Positions 1 to 12,300 of a stretch of DNA of 64,000 nucleotides are shown here, piece by piece. The stretch spans positions 1 to 64,000 of the forward strand of contig NW_021833012.1 in assembly GCF_006345805.1 (NCBI RefSeq). The letters are read 5' to 3'. A program made the translations under genes and the position numbers. Numbering within the stretch: the stretch's first letter is position 1; each line of letters opens with the position of its first letter. The notes under the pieces are model-generated. The model had not been told where the DNA came from. It did no database searches and was given only the letters and a program-made list of their open reading frames with translations. The stretch comes from Octopus sinensis. Lineage: Eukaryota.

Positions 1-91
1 AGGGGTAGTGGGGGAGGAGGAGGGAGTAGGGCGTATCCGGTGTAGATGAGTAGGGCGTATCCGGTGTAGATGGTGAGAACAGGGTATACTG

Positions 92-215
92 GTATTGGTG
101 GTGGGGGTGAGAACAGTGTTCACCGGTATTGGTGGTGGCGGTGAGAACAGTGTTCACCGGTATTGGTGGTGGGGGTGAGAACAGTGTTCATCGGTATTGG
201 TGGTGGTGGTGGGGG
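92..215. repeat. G-rich ~34-bp tandem repeat, 3-4 copies
   Basis: Unit ggtattggtggtgggggtgagaacagtgttcacc repeated. Confidence 0.75.
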
Positions 216-839
216 GGGGGGGCACCGCCAATGGCGGAAAGATGGGAAAAGACGGGATTACGGCTTGAGGTAGCCTAAGGTTAAATTTCGTAGAGAGAGA
301 GATAGGAAAGATAAATCAAGTTATGGCGAAGGCTTGAAAGTAGCCTAAAAGGTTAAATTTTCGTAGTGAGTGAGATGGGTAAGACGAATCAAGTTATCAA
401 TGTATGAATAAACGTAGTAACAACGAATAAAAATAGTAAGATAAATTTTTAAGAACTTGCTGCGATATATATATATATATATATATACATATATTTATTT
501 ATTTATTTTATTTTCAGTATATATGTATCTTTATTCTTAGTATATATTTATATATGTATTCATTTTCAGTATATTTTTATTTTATTTTTATTCGGAAGTC
601 CAACAGTGAAGGGAAGGTGGTGAAGCAAGCAGACCTTACAGGTTGGAAGCATGTAGTGAGCGACCTGCACGTAGGTGGCCCATGCTGGATATAAAATCGT
701 CTCCTTGCCGCCCAAGACAGTGGTAAAATTCAGTTGCTGCATGGGTGTCTGAGCAGTTCCATTTGGAGAGGGCACCACTCACCTGGAGGCCGGGGAGGTT
801 GTAGAAAAGGTGAACCAAAAATTGCCTGTCTTTCTATAT

Positions 840-2316
840 CTGGTCAGATTAGCATGACTGAAACAAGATAAACACAAAATCTATGCTATTTTAGTCCAGA
901 GATTGCTTGTACACGAAATCAAATTGAATGCTGGATCAGGAACAAACCCAACAGAAGGGGATTCTGACAATGAATGAGAGCCAAATGGAATGAGATAGGA
1001 CTCTTCGAAACAAGTGAGCAATTGTTAGCCGACCAGGCAAGAGCAATTAGAGCAAAAAGGTGGTTAACGGACATGGAAATTGAAGAGATAAAAAGAAAAG
1101 TAGAAAGGAGAAATAATCCTTCACCAACAGATAACGTGCCCAGTGAGAACAGAGAAAGAAATAACGGCAGTGAAGATGTAGAACAAAGTGTAAATGTAAA
1201 TGCATTCTCCACAAATTAAGCAGAAGTAATAGGAAGAGCTGTATCACAAGAATACGGTGATGACCAACAAGATGTAGAGAGGATATATTTGAGAAGACCA
1301 GGATCAAGACCCTTCCCTCCATAATCTGAGGTACATTGACCAATGCAAGATCAAGGTTGAAACCATAAAGATAAATTCAGTTCTTGGGCTGTTCCATACG
1401 AGAAATATCACTGAAACTCACAAGATTATTTGGGGTGCAGCAACTGTTGCTGCAGATAGACTTGGATAGAAAAGGAAAGAACAAACAGAACGTAAAGAAC
1501 CGTTCTGGTGTAGAGGAATTTGTAAGGAACAAAGTCATTTAGGACAAGTTGATAGATTGAGAAGAGGGGAATTGCAGAATGAAAGTATAAGAATGATGCT
1601 GGAAAGGACAGATGGAATAAGAGATAAATTGTATGATGAGATATTGGAAGAAATGAAACAAAGAATTGGAGCAATCAAAGCAAAACAGGAAAGATAGAAG
1701 AAAATAATTCAAGCAGAACAGATTGTTAGAAGCATATGAGAAGTAACTGTTTCAGGAACTGGATGGGCAATTACACATAACAATGATACCAGAAGCAGAG
1801 GAAAGTAGGGCATTCTGGAGAGGGATCTGGGACCAATCTGCAGATGATAATAATGAAGCAGAGTGGCTGCATGAAATCCAAGATAGGTTAAGAAATATAG
1901 AAGGCAAAAAAGACATAAAAATAACTACAGAAATGATAAAAAAGCAGTTAAGAAAATTCCCAAATGGAAGAGCCAGGACTGGATGGGGTCCCAGATTATT
2001 GGATGAAGAAGCTGAGAGGGATCCATCAAAGGAGAGTGCAACAGCTAGATGAGTGCTCGCAGGAAGGTGCAGTACCCAGCTGGAAGACAAAGGGAAAGAC
2101 ATTGTTATGTGCCAAGGATCCTGGAAAGGGAAATGTTGCATCCAACTTTAGAACAATAACATGCTTTCTGCTCACGTGGAAACTAATGTCAGGTAATTTG
2201 GCTGCTGAACTGTACAGATGCTTGGGAAAAAGTGGGCTGCTACCCATTAAACAGAACGGGTACAGTAAAAGGAGCCAGGAAACAAAGGATCAGCTCTTGA
2301 TTGCTAATCTAATTAC
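840..2316 (+). mobile_element. Decayed R4/Dong-like non-LTR retrotransposon (N-terminal region to RT), cut off by the satellite
   Basis: [28 protein letters not shown]; FWRGIW; GLDGVPDYWMKKL; NFRTITCFLLTWKLMSG; TKDQLLI; multiple stops and frameshifts. Confidence 0.75.
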
Positions 2317-3460
2317 CAATTAAATAAGTACCAGTTGTGCACTGGGGTTGATGTAATTGACTTAGCCACTCTCCTGAAATTGCTGGCCTTGTGCCAAAAT
2401 TTGAAACCAAAATTCCAGTGATGTTTATGGTCAATAAAATAAGTACCAGTTGAGCACTGGGGTTGATGTAATTGACTTAGCCACACTCCTGAAATTGCTG
2501 GCCTTGTGCCAAAATTTGAAAGCAAAATTCCAGTGATGTTTATGGTCAATAAAATAAGTACCAGTTGAGCACTGGGGTTGATGTAATTGACTTAGCCACT
2601 CTCCTGAAATTGCTGGCCTTGTGCCAAAATTTGAAACCAAAATTCCAGTGATGTTTATGGTCAATAAAATAAGTACCAGTTGAGCACTGGGGTTGAGGTA
2701 ATTGACTTAGCCACTCTCCTGAAATTGCTGGCCTTGTGCCACAATTTGAAACCAAAATTCCAGTGATGTTTATGGTCAATAAAATAAGTACCAGCTGAGC
2801 ACTGGGGTTGATGTAATTGACTTAGCCACTCTCCTGAAATTGCTGATCTTGTGCCAAAATTTGAAACCAAAATTCCAGTGATGTTTATGGTCAATAAAAT
2901 AAGTACCAGCTGAGCACTGGGGTTGATGTAATTGACTTAGCCACTCTCCTGAAATTGCTGGCCTTGTGCCAAAATTTGAAACCAAAATTCCAGTGATGTT
3001 TATGGTCAATAAAATAAGTACCATTTGAGCACTGGGGTTGATGTAATTGACTTAGCCACTCTCCCGAAATTGCTGATCTTGTGCCAAAATTTGAAACCAA
3101 AATTCCAGTGATGTTTATGGTCAATAAAATAAGTACCAGTTGAGCACTAGGGTTGAGGTAATTGACTTAGCCACTCTCCTGAAATTGCTGGCCTTGTGCC
3201 AAAATTTGAAACCAAAATTCCAGTGATGTTTATGGTCAATAAAATAAGTACCAGTTGAGCACTGGGGTTGAGGTAATTGACTTAGCCACTCTCCTGAAAT
3301 TGCTGGTCTTGTGCCAAAATTTGAAACCAAAATTCCAGTGATGTTTATGGTCAATAAAATAAGTACCAGTTAAGCACTGGGGTTGATGTAATTGACTTAG
3401 CCACTCTCCTGAAATTGCTGGCCCTGTGCCAAAATTTGATACCAAAATTCCAGTGATGTT
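2317..3460. repeat. 115-bp tandem satellite (~10 copies) built from a SINE 3' half
   Basis: ORF track offsets of exactly 115 bp. The unit aataaaataagtaccagttgagcactggggttgatgtaattgactt matches the core of the SINE at 12045-12090. Confidence 0.92.
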
Positions 3461-3679
3461 TCTTGTATTTATTATAATTAATAGAGATAGTGTTTACTTA
3501 GTATGTGTTAAATGTTGGTTATATTTTTCTGTTTGCTAATGTATTATACTAATAACATATTAGTATGCTCCTTCACCATCCCTACCCCTAGTTTCGACCT
3601 AGGAAGGTAATGATCATACAGTGCAAAATATGAATGGGTAGTGTTATGCAGGTTGAATTGAAGGCTACTGTATTACTTG

Positions 3680-6600
3680 CTCATGAATTCTGCCAAATGT
3701 GAGCTTTCTTTTCAGGTACATGAAGCTACTGTCCACCGACGCAGGGTCTCTAGGGCCCATACTTCCCACACCCTCAGGGTTGGCACCCTCAACGTTGGCA
3801 CACTGAAAGGTAGGTCTGGCGAGATAGTTGAGATGCTTGAACGAGGTGTGTGGATATATGTTGCATGCAAGAAGTAAGGTGGAGAGGAGGTTCTGCTAGG
3901 TTCCTCACAGGCAAGGAACACAGGAAAAGATTTTCTGGGCAGGGAACACTGACGGGGTTGGAGGCGTGGGTATACTATTGCTGAGAAATGGGTAGATAAA
4001 GTAATTGAGGTAATCAGAGTATGCGACAGAATACTTAAGATTAGATTAGCGCTTCATCATAGTTTAGCAACCATTATATCAGCCTATGCTCCTCAGTCGG
4101 GGTTACCTGATGGACAGAAAGGCCGATTCTATGACACTCTACTGCAGACTACCTCGTTGACGAACGACAGAGACCTTCTCTTTGTGGCTGGTGACTTCAA
4201 TGGTCACGTTGGACGACATGCTGGGGGCTTCCATGGCGTACATGGAGGCTATGGCTCTGGTTCCCGCAACGAGGAGGGAACCAGGCTGCTGGAGTTCTGC
4301 GATGCAAATAATCTTATGATTTGTAACACTAACTTCAGGAAACCTACCAGCCACCTAGTCACCTACCGATCGGGCCAACATACCAGCCAAATTGACTACA
4401 TCCTTGCCAGGCAAAGGGAGAGATGGCTACTTATAAATGCCAAAACCTTCCCAGGCGAAGAATGTACCCCACAACATAGACTGGTAGTTAGTGACTTTAG
4501 GATCAGGAGTAGGAGGACAACCAGAAGACGACCAACATGGAGAAGAAGGATCTGGAAGCTTAAGGATCCTGCGAATGGACAGAGATTTAGAGACATGTTA
4601 CTTGAAGCCTTTGACGAAGTAGAAGGGGATAGAGTATCACATGGGGTAGAGGGCAACTGGACGTTTCTAAGGGACAACCTGCTGAGAGCCACAGACCAGA
4701 TCTGTGGCTGGTGCAAAGTCCCCTCTCGTCCCAAGGTAACGTGGTGGTGGAACAGTGTTGTAGACAGGGCTATTAGAGAAAAGAGACAGACTTGGAAGCA
4801 CTGGAAGAATGGGGGTAGCAGGGAATTGTATCAGACTGCAAAAAGGGAAGCTAGGAGACAGGTCTATCTAGCCAGAGGGGAAGCAGATAAGAAAAAATTT
4901 GCCAATGTTCTGCGCCGTGAGGACCAAAGACTGGAGGTGTTTCGCGTTGCAAGACAGTATGTGAGAGAGAATTGTGATGTGGTAGGAGAGAAGTGTGTTC
5001 GCATGGAAGATGGTTCACTTGCGCTAAACGAGAATGCAAAGAGAGAGGCTTGGAGACGCCACTATGAAAGGTTACTGAATAAAGAAAATGAATGGGATAA
5101 AGAGAGTCTGCTGAACGTTGACCCAACAGAGGGACCAGCTATCAGGGTTGATAGTTCCATGGTAGCTAAGGCAATTAGAAGCATGAAGACAGGGAAAGCC
5201 CCAGCCCATCAGGTATCACTGCAGAGATGCTCAAAATATCTGGTAGCGTCGGCTATAGCCTAGTCACCTGTATAGTTAATCAGGTGATACATGAAGGAGT
5301 CATACCCAATGACTGGTGTAGCAGCATAATAGTCAACTGCTACAAAGGTAAAGGTGATGCCCTAGATACAAATAATTACAGAGGTATCAAGCTGTTGGAT
5401 CAGGTGATGAAGGTTACAGAGAGGGTCATAAGCCAACTAATTAGAGAGAGAGTTAGTTTAGATGAGATGCAGTTTGGTTCGTGCCAGGGAAAAGTACCAC
5501 TGATGCTATATTCCTGGTAAGGCAGCTGCAGGAGAAATACCTAGCCAAAGATAAGCCCCTGTACCTGGCTTTTGTTGACATGGAGAAAGCCTTCGACAGG
5601 GTCCCCCGATCCCTCATCTGGTGGTCAATGAGGAAACTAGGAATAGATGAATGGTTAGTGAGAGCTGTGCAAGCCATGTACAGGGATGCTGCTAGTAAGG
5701 TGAGGGTTGGCAATGAGTACAGTGAAGAATTCCGGGTAGAGGTAGGGGTCCATCAAGGTTCAGTCCTCAGCCCCCTCCTATTTATCATAGTCCTCCAGGC
5801 AATAACGGAGGAATTCAAGACAGGATGCCCCTGGGAGCTCCTCTATGCTGATGACCTTGCTCTAATTGCTGAGTCATTATCAGAACTGGAGAAGAAGTTT
5901 CAGGTGTGGAAGCATGGTTTAGAATCGAAGGGCCTTAGAGTCAACCTAGCTAAAACCAAAGTCGTAATAAGTAGGAAGGTAGACAAATCACAAACGCCTT
6001 CAGGTAGATGGCTCTGCTCGATCTGTAGAAAAGGTGTAGGTAGAACTCTATAAGATGCACCAAGTGTAAGCTATGGACACATAAGAGGTGCAGCAATGTC
6101 ATAGGAAGGCTAACTAGGAAGATGGTTTTTGTATGTGGCAGATGCTCGGGAGCATTAACCTCTGAAAATCTGCAGAAAACAACTTCCGTCACTTTCCAGG
6201 GGGAAAAATTAGAAGTAGTTGATAGCTTCCGTTATCTTGGTGACCAAGTCAGTAGTGGGGGTGGGTGTGCTGAAAGTGTAACGGCTAGAGTAAGAATAGC
6301 CTGAGCAAAGTTTAGGGAGCTCTTACCTCTGTTGGTGACTAAAGGCCTCTCGCTCAGAGTAAAAGGCAGACTGTATGATGCATGTGTACGAACAGCCATG
6401 CTACATGGCAGTGAAACATGGGCCGTGACTGCTGAGGACATGCGTAAGCTCGCGAGAAATGAAGCTAGTATGCTCCGTTGGATGTGTAATGTCAGTGTTC
6501 ATAGTCGACAGAGTGTAAGTACCTTGAGAGAAAAGTTGGACCTAAGAGGCATCAGATGTTGTGTGCAAGAGAGACGATTGCGCTGGTATGGTCATGTGGC

Positions 6601-7506
6601 GAGATTGGATGAAGATAGGTGTGTGAAAAAGTGCCACACCCTGGCAGTTGAGGGGACCTGTGGAAGAGGTAGACCCAGGAAAACCTGGGTCGAGGTGGTG
6701 AAGCACGACCTTCGAACTCTAGGTCTCACCAAGGAAATGACCAGAGACCGAGACCTATGGAAGTATGCTGTGCGTCAGAAGACCCGGCAAGACCAGTGAG
6801 AACAATAAAAATCAAATCATATATCAGAAAGCAGGGGTTAAGTGACCCATCTGTTCGTGTCCACTGTCAGCCTCGTCTGGCACCCGTGTCGGTGATACGT
6901 AAAAGCACCATTCGCTCGTGGCCGTTTGCCAGCTCTGTCTGGCCCCGTGTCGGTGGCACGTAAAAGCACCATCCGTTCGTGTTCGTTGCCAGCCTCGCCT
7001 GGCCCTGTGCCGGTGACATGTAAAAGCACCGTCCGTTCGTGGCCGTTTGCCAGCTCTGTCTGGCCCCGTGTCGGTGGCACGTAAAAGCACCATCCGTTCG
7101 TGTTCGTTGCCAGCCTCAGCTGGCCCCCGTGCCGGTGACACGTAAAAGCACCGTCCGTTCATGGCCATTTGCCAGCTCTGTCTGGCCCCGTGTCGGTGGC
7201 ATGTAAAAGCACCATCCGTTCGTGTCCGTTGCCAGCATTGCCTGGCCCCGTGCCGGTGACACGTAAAAACACCATCCGTTCGTGGCCGTTCGCCAGCTCT
7301 GTCTGGCACCTGTGCAGGTGGCACGTAAAAAACACCCACTACACTCGCGGAGTGGTTGGCGTTAGGAAGGGCATCCAGCCGTAGAAACACTGCCAAATCT
7401 GACTGGGCCTGATGAAGCCCTCCGGCTTCACAGACCCCAGTTAAACCGTCCAACCCATGCTAGCATGGAAAACGGACGCTAAATGATGATGATGATGATG
7501 ATGATA
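3680..7506 (+). mobile_element. Near full-length RTE-clade LINE (AP endonuclease, RT, 3' UTR, (GAT)n tail)
   Basis: VGTLNVGTL, AGDFNGHVG, SQIDYIL (endonuclease); [38 protein letters not shown] (RT); [17 protein letters not shown]; stop at 6797-6799; GAT tail 7483-7506. Confidence 0.95.
6860..7330 (+). repeat. ~61-bp tandem repeats (alternating A/B variants) in the RTE 3' UTR
   Basis: About 8 copies of gtaaaagcaccatccgttcgtg...gccagc...ggccccgtgtcggtggcac; related arrays at 27880-28460. Confidence 0.85.
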
Positions 7507-7615
7507 TTACTTTGTCTTCAAATAATTTCCTGTATTTACCCACTGAACTCCCCAGCTCACCCCTAATCCCTCACCAACGAAATGATTTTATCTTTTTACT
7601 TTTTCATAATTTTAG

Positions 7616-9149
7616 TTGTGCTGGACGTTTGTAGCAGAGATCATATACTGCAAAATGTGGAGTTAGATGTTCAACCGTTCTGGGAACCATGTGAAGAAAA
7701 TACCATTTCAAGCCAGCAAGTCCATGACTATTTACTACCTTCCAAGTTCCATCTGACTTTCTTACAGAAACATAAAATCATAGTTAATGACCAATTAATG
7801 AGATGGGCTGAAGTAATTTGGAAAGATTCCAAGTTTAATAAACTGAAATTAAGTTATTCTGAAGGAAATTTGAAGCAAATTGAACAACGTTTGGAAGAGT
7901 TATTAAATTCCATTATGTTGAAATTATTGATGTTCCAACCGATATTTTTGAAGAAGTTGCTAGAACATTTAAAAGTGAAGAGGATAAGGTGTATTTTTAT
8001 TTTGATAACCGAAATTTCCAAGCTAATATTTTGGGATTTAATAAAAGTAACGTGATTAAAATGAAAAACAGACTTTTGGATACTTTTAGAAGGAAATGTG
8101 AGTTTAATTTAAATATTCATGAAAGACGTATTCTATCTGGTCACAGATTTTTTGAGCAGGCAGAAAGACAATTTGAAGGTCTACAAGTCAGAATTCATGG
8201 TAACAAAGTTGTTTTTGAATGCCAGTATTCCAAAGTAGCTAATTGTCAAAATAGTATGTATAAAATTCTTCAATCAATGGTTAAATCTGAATTGTGTTTG
8301 CCTTTAAATACTGGAATGATCATAAATAAAAAACCAGTGAAAGAATATCTTGATGACAAACTGAGGAACAAGAATTGTATTGGTTCATGGGAAACGGGTG
8401 ATGGTGATTCAGTAATACTTTATGCAAGTGATAAAACACATCTTTCACTTTTGGAAATAATTCTGAAACAAACTTTTGTTGCCAATACATTGAATTTTAT
8501 TGATAAAATTAAGGATACTCCAAATTATGGAAAGTGGCTGACATTTGTTGAAAAACTAAAAGAAGAGTTTCCAGATTTCCATTTTATTGGAGAAAATTCT
8601 ATTGTTGCTATTGATGCTGTAGTTAATGCTATAAAAAACAAAATTGCTAACTTTAAGCAATCTTTAACTTATGAATCTTATATATTGATGCCTCTTGAAC
8701 ATTTCCTCTTTCTTAAGAGTTCAAAGAACAAGAAATCAATGACTTTGGTGCGAAAAATAAAATTAAGAATGTGTGTCTCAAAGATTATAAGTTACACCTG
8801 GAAGGAACACAAGAGCAAATTAAAAAACTGGAAACATTTATAGAAAATTTAAGAAAGGATACCAGCTCACAAGAAGTGAAATTAGAAATGTTTAGATTTC
8901 GAGAATTTCTGCAGAGTGAAGAAGGAAACACTTTCTTGTGTGAAATGCAGAAGAAATCTGAGAGTATAATATCTTTAAATTCAGATTTAGGAAGTGAAAC
9001 AGACGGAATACTAAATTTTGTGTATAAAAACTGTGAAATAGTGTTGAAGGAAGATGACATCACGACTCTGGACACAGATGCTATTGTTAATGCTGCAAAT
9101 GGTAAATTGGATCATAAGGGAGGAATTGCGGCAGCCATTGTGCAGAAAG
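7616..9149 (+). CDS. PARP14: Large exon: RRM end, KH-like region, start of Macro1; two apparent 1-nt deletions (~7910, ~8718)
   Basis: Acceptor ttttag at 7614-7615, donor gtgagt at 9150. Reading passes frame 1 (..EELLNS) to frame 3 ([19 protein letters not shown]..) to frame 2 ([23 protein letters not shown]..) and ends in [23 protein letters not shown]. Confidence 0.85.
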
Positions 9150-9341
9150 GTGAGTAATACCATTTTTTATAGTTCATGTTTCTAGATCCAAGTGTGGTTG
9201 AGAGGCTTGCTTCCTGACCATGTGGTTTCAAGTTCAATCCTACTCAGCATTTTGGACAAGTGTCTTCTATTATAGGTCAATGGTTGGCCAAAGCCTTGGA
9301 AGTGGGTTTCGTTGATAGAAACTGAAAGAAGCTCATTGTAT

Positions 9342-9393
<52 letters not shown>

Positions 9394-12300
9394 GGGGGGT
9401 AACCAGGTGTAAATGAACATCACCATCACACACTTTTTACTTATTATATATTGTTCATTCATTTTTATACTTTTTGATATCTAGTTATACGTTTTATAAA
9501 AATATATTTGTTATTTATGTTTTGGTTTATGTCTATCACTGTTTGAGTTGCATAATACTGTGCCATTTCCAGTCTTCCATGAAAAACATGTCTGACCATG
9601 GAAAAATATTCCCTCATTTGGAAACATGTGGCAATTGGCTACAAGAAGGACATCCAACAATGGACATTAAAATACGGTGGTGGTGAATTGTTTATAGATT
9701 TGAGACACTTGATCACTGACCAGTCCCCAAAATCTGGATAATTATAAATGATTGCAGCAATGTTACATTCCATTTAAAGAAACTTATGTCTGATGCAATG
9801 CTGATCTCTTCTTCTGTTACACTCCATTCCATACCACTTGTGTCTCTCATGCTTCTATGTAGTTGCTCATCCTACTTTCCCCTCTCTTATCTCCTCTCTA
9901 TCACTCACGTTCATCATTCCTTGCCATGTTACTCTTCCTCTTATCTTTATGTCCTTTTTTCCCCTTCATTCTTAAACTCTCCTACCATTATCAACTGCAA
10001 ATGTTTGCCAAGTCCTGAACTGCCCTTAACTACAATTCAAAAAATATTGTCGTTCAGGTTTGGAAAACATCCCCTCCCTCCAAATGTCCCCACCACCTAC
10101 ATGACCTACAAGCCTGTAGCTCTTTCCCTTCTCGTGTCACTAAACCTGAATTCGCCCTTTGCTCTTCCCTACACTGCCATACATTTCCCTTCCTCTCTAG
10201 CACCACCATCTTCACTGGTGCTCACGACTGCTCCTTCCATATCATTGATTCCTTCTCTTGCACCTTCCGTAATCTGATTTACTCCATCCCCTTCACTCTT
10301 TGCCATTCCCCATACATTGGACCGACTGGTTGCTGCCTGTTTGATGAACACCTTCACATCATCAAGCTCTGTAATGACCCCCTGGTCTTGTGCCATTACT
10401 GCTTCATTGCTCATTCCCTGCAACATCTGTTCATGTTCAGACTGGCTTTGTAACAAATGCCACCCAGACTCCTGTCTCCATATAGAACGGGAAATAATTC
10501 TCCTTCTCTGTAGTCAAGTCTCTTACAGTCTAAATTCTGCATCCCTTTTCATTTCAAACCCTCCTTCACCTACAAACCACCCACTACTTACATTCCCAGT
10601 GTCCCCTCAACATCTACCCACCCACACACACACCTACTCTACACTGTTGAACTCATTACCCAACACCACATTCAAACAGCATGTACACACATCCACATGC
10701 ACTCATTCCTTCTCCTCCTCCTTTGCCCACACTGGCACCCACCCACCCCTCATGCTACCCATCCTCACGCTTATAACAGCAACTATATCATAACACACCT
10801 ACACTTCCCAACACCTACCACTTTCCTCACCCATCTTCCACCAAACACCTCTATCCAGTTTCACACTTAACACATTGAATCGGATGTCTGATAGTTTCAT
10901 AAATATACACACAAAAATAGAAAGCAGGGGCGCACACACATACACACACTCACACAAGATATGCACTCAATAGCTTCATATATACACACACACATCTACA
11001 CATACACGCATAAACACACACTTCTACACATAAACTCACAAACACACACACAGTGTACATGCACACAATAGCTATATATATACATCCTCTTGCTTGCACA
11101 CACAGTTGCATTGCATAAGCCTTATACACACACACATAAACCAAAAGGATGGACTTACATACACACATGCATAGATACTTATACACAGTACTCACACACA
11201 TGTGTGCTCACATACACGTGTCAAGTTCATAGTTGTCTCCCTTGTCACTAGCACTTCAAGTCAGCTCTCATAGATGTCTCCCTAGGTTGCCAGAACCACT
11301 CACATCTTCAGCAACCTCTTCCTCCTCTCATCATTTCAGCTTGTAGTGACACTCTGACACAAGTTTCTCCTCTTCTCTCTCTATTTTTCTCTCTCTCTTC
11401 TTCTATTCCTTTTGTCAAAGAGTAGGCTCAGAATGTTAGACACTTCCTAATTTCTCTAAGCATAAAGTTGATACGCTTCTGCTGTGGAGGACAGGTCTTC
11501 TTGAGCACAGCAAGCCACCAGGTATCTTGGTCCTTTGTCATCTCGTCCAAAAGGTTCACCGTTCTCAGGTTGTTCTTCAGTACTTCGCCCTGTTTTCCTG
11601 GGCCTCCCTCTTCCACAAGCCCCATCCACTTTGAATGTACAGCACTTCTTCGTGGAGCTGTCAGCATCCATCCACATCACATGTCTAAGCCAGCACTCTC
11701 TTCTCTCACACACTGCATCTAATTCTTCTTATGCCAAACTTCTCAATACACTAACATTCTGTTGCATATATATACATATACACACTTGTGTGTGTATATA
11801 TAGAAGTAACGTATTATAGAATTAAAATATAATACATATATTGATATAATATATCACAATATCATTATCATCATTGCTTAATGTCCGTTTTCCATGTTGG
11901 CATAGGTTGGTCAGTTTGACTGAAAAAGGCAGCAAGTGGGCAGAAACGTTAGCACGCGAAATGCGTGATGGTATTTCGTCTGCCATTAAGTTCTGAGTTC
12001 AAATTCCGCCGAGGTTGACTTTGCCTTTCATCCTTTCGGGGTCGATTAAATAAGTACCAGTTATGCACTGGGGTCGATATAATTGACTTAATCCGTGTGT
12101 CTGTCCTTGTTTGTCCTCTCTGTGTCTAGCCCCTTGTGGGCAGTAAAGAAATAGGTTTGACTGAAAACTGGTAAGCCAGGGGATTGCATCAGCTACCAAT
12201 CTGATTTGGCAAAGATTCTACGGCTTGATGCCCTTCCTAATGCCACCCACTCTGAGAGTGTAGTGGATGTTTTTTACATGCCACTGGCACGGATGCCATT

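Noticed and set aside
105-195. agaacagtgttc as a steroid response element
   Set aside because: The half-sites are spaced by 1 nt rather than 3, and the motif is part of a tandem repeat.
2317-3460. CRISPR-like array or repeated 77-aa ORFs
   Set aside because: The units are contiguous with no unique spacers, the context is eukaryotic with no cas genes, and the unit is SINE-derived.
7616-9149. Programmed ribosomal frameshifting or a firm pseudogene call for the PARP gene
   Set aside because: No convincing slippery-site plus structure was seen. The same deletion type occurs in unrelated elements, which points to assembly error.
9786-11200. ORFs in CT/CA-rich low-complexity tracts (also 31769, 50358-51483)
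   Set aside because: Compositionally biased, with no domain motifs or phase-compatible splice sites.
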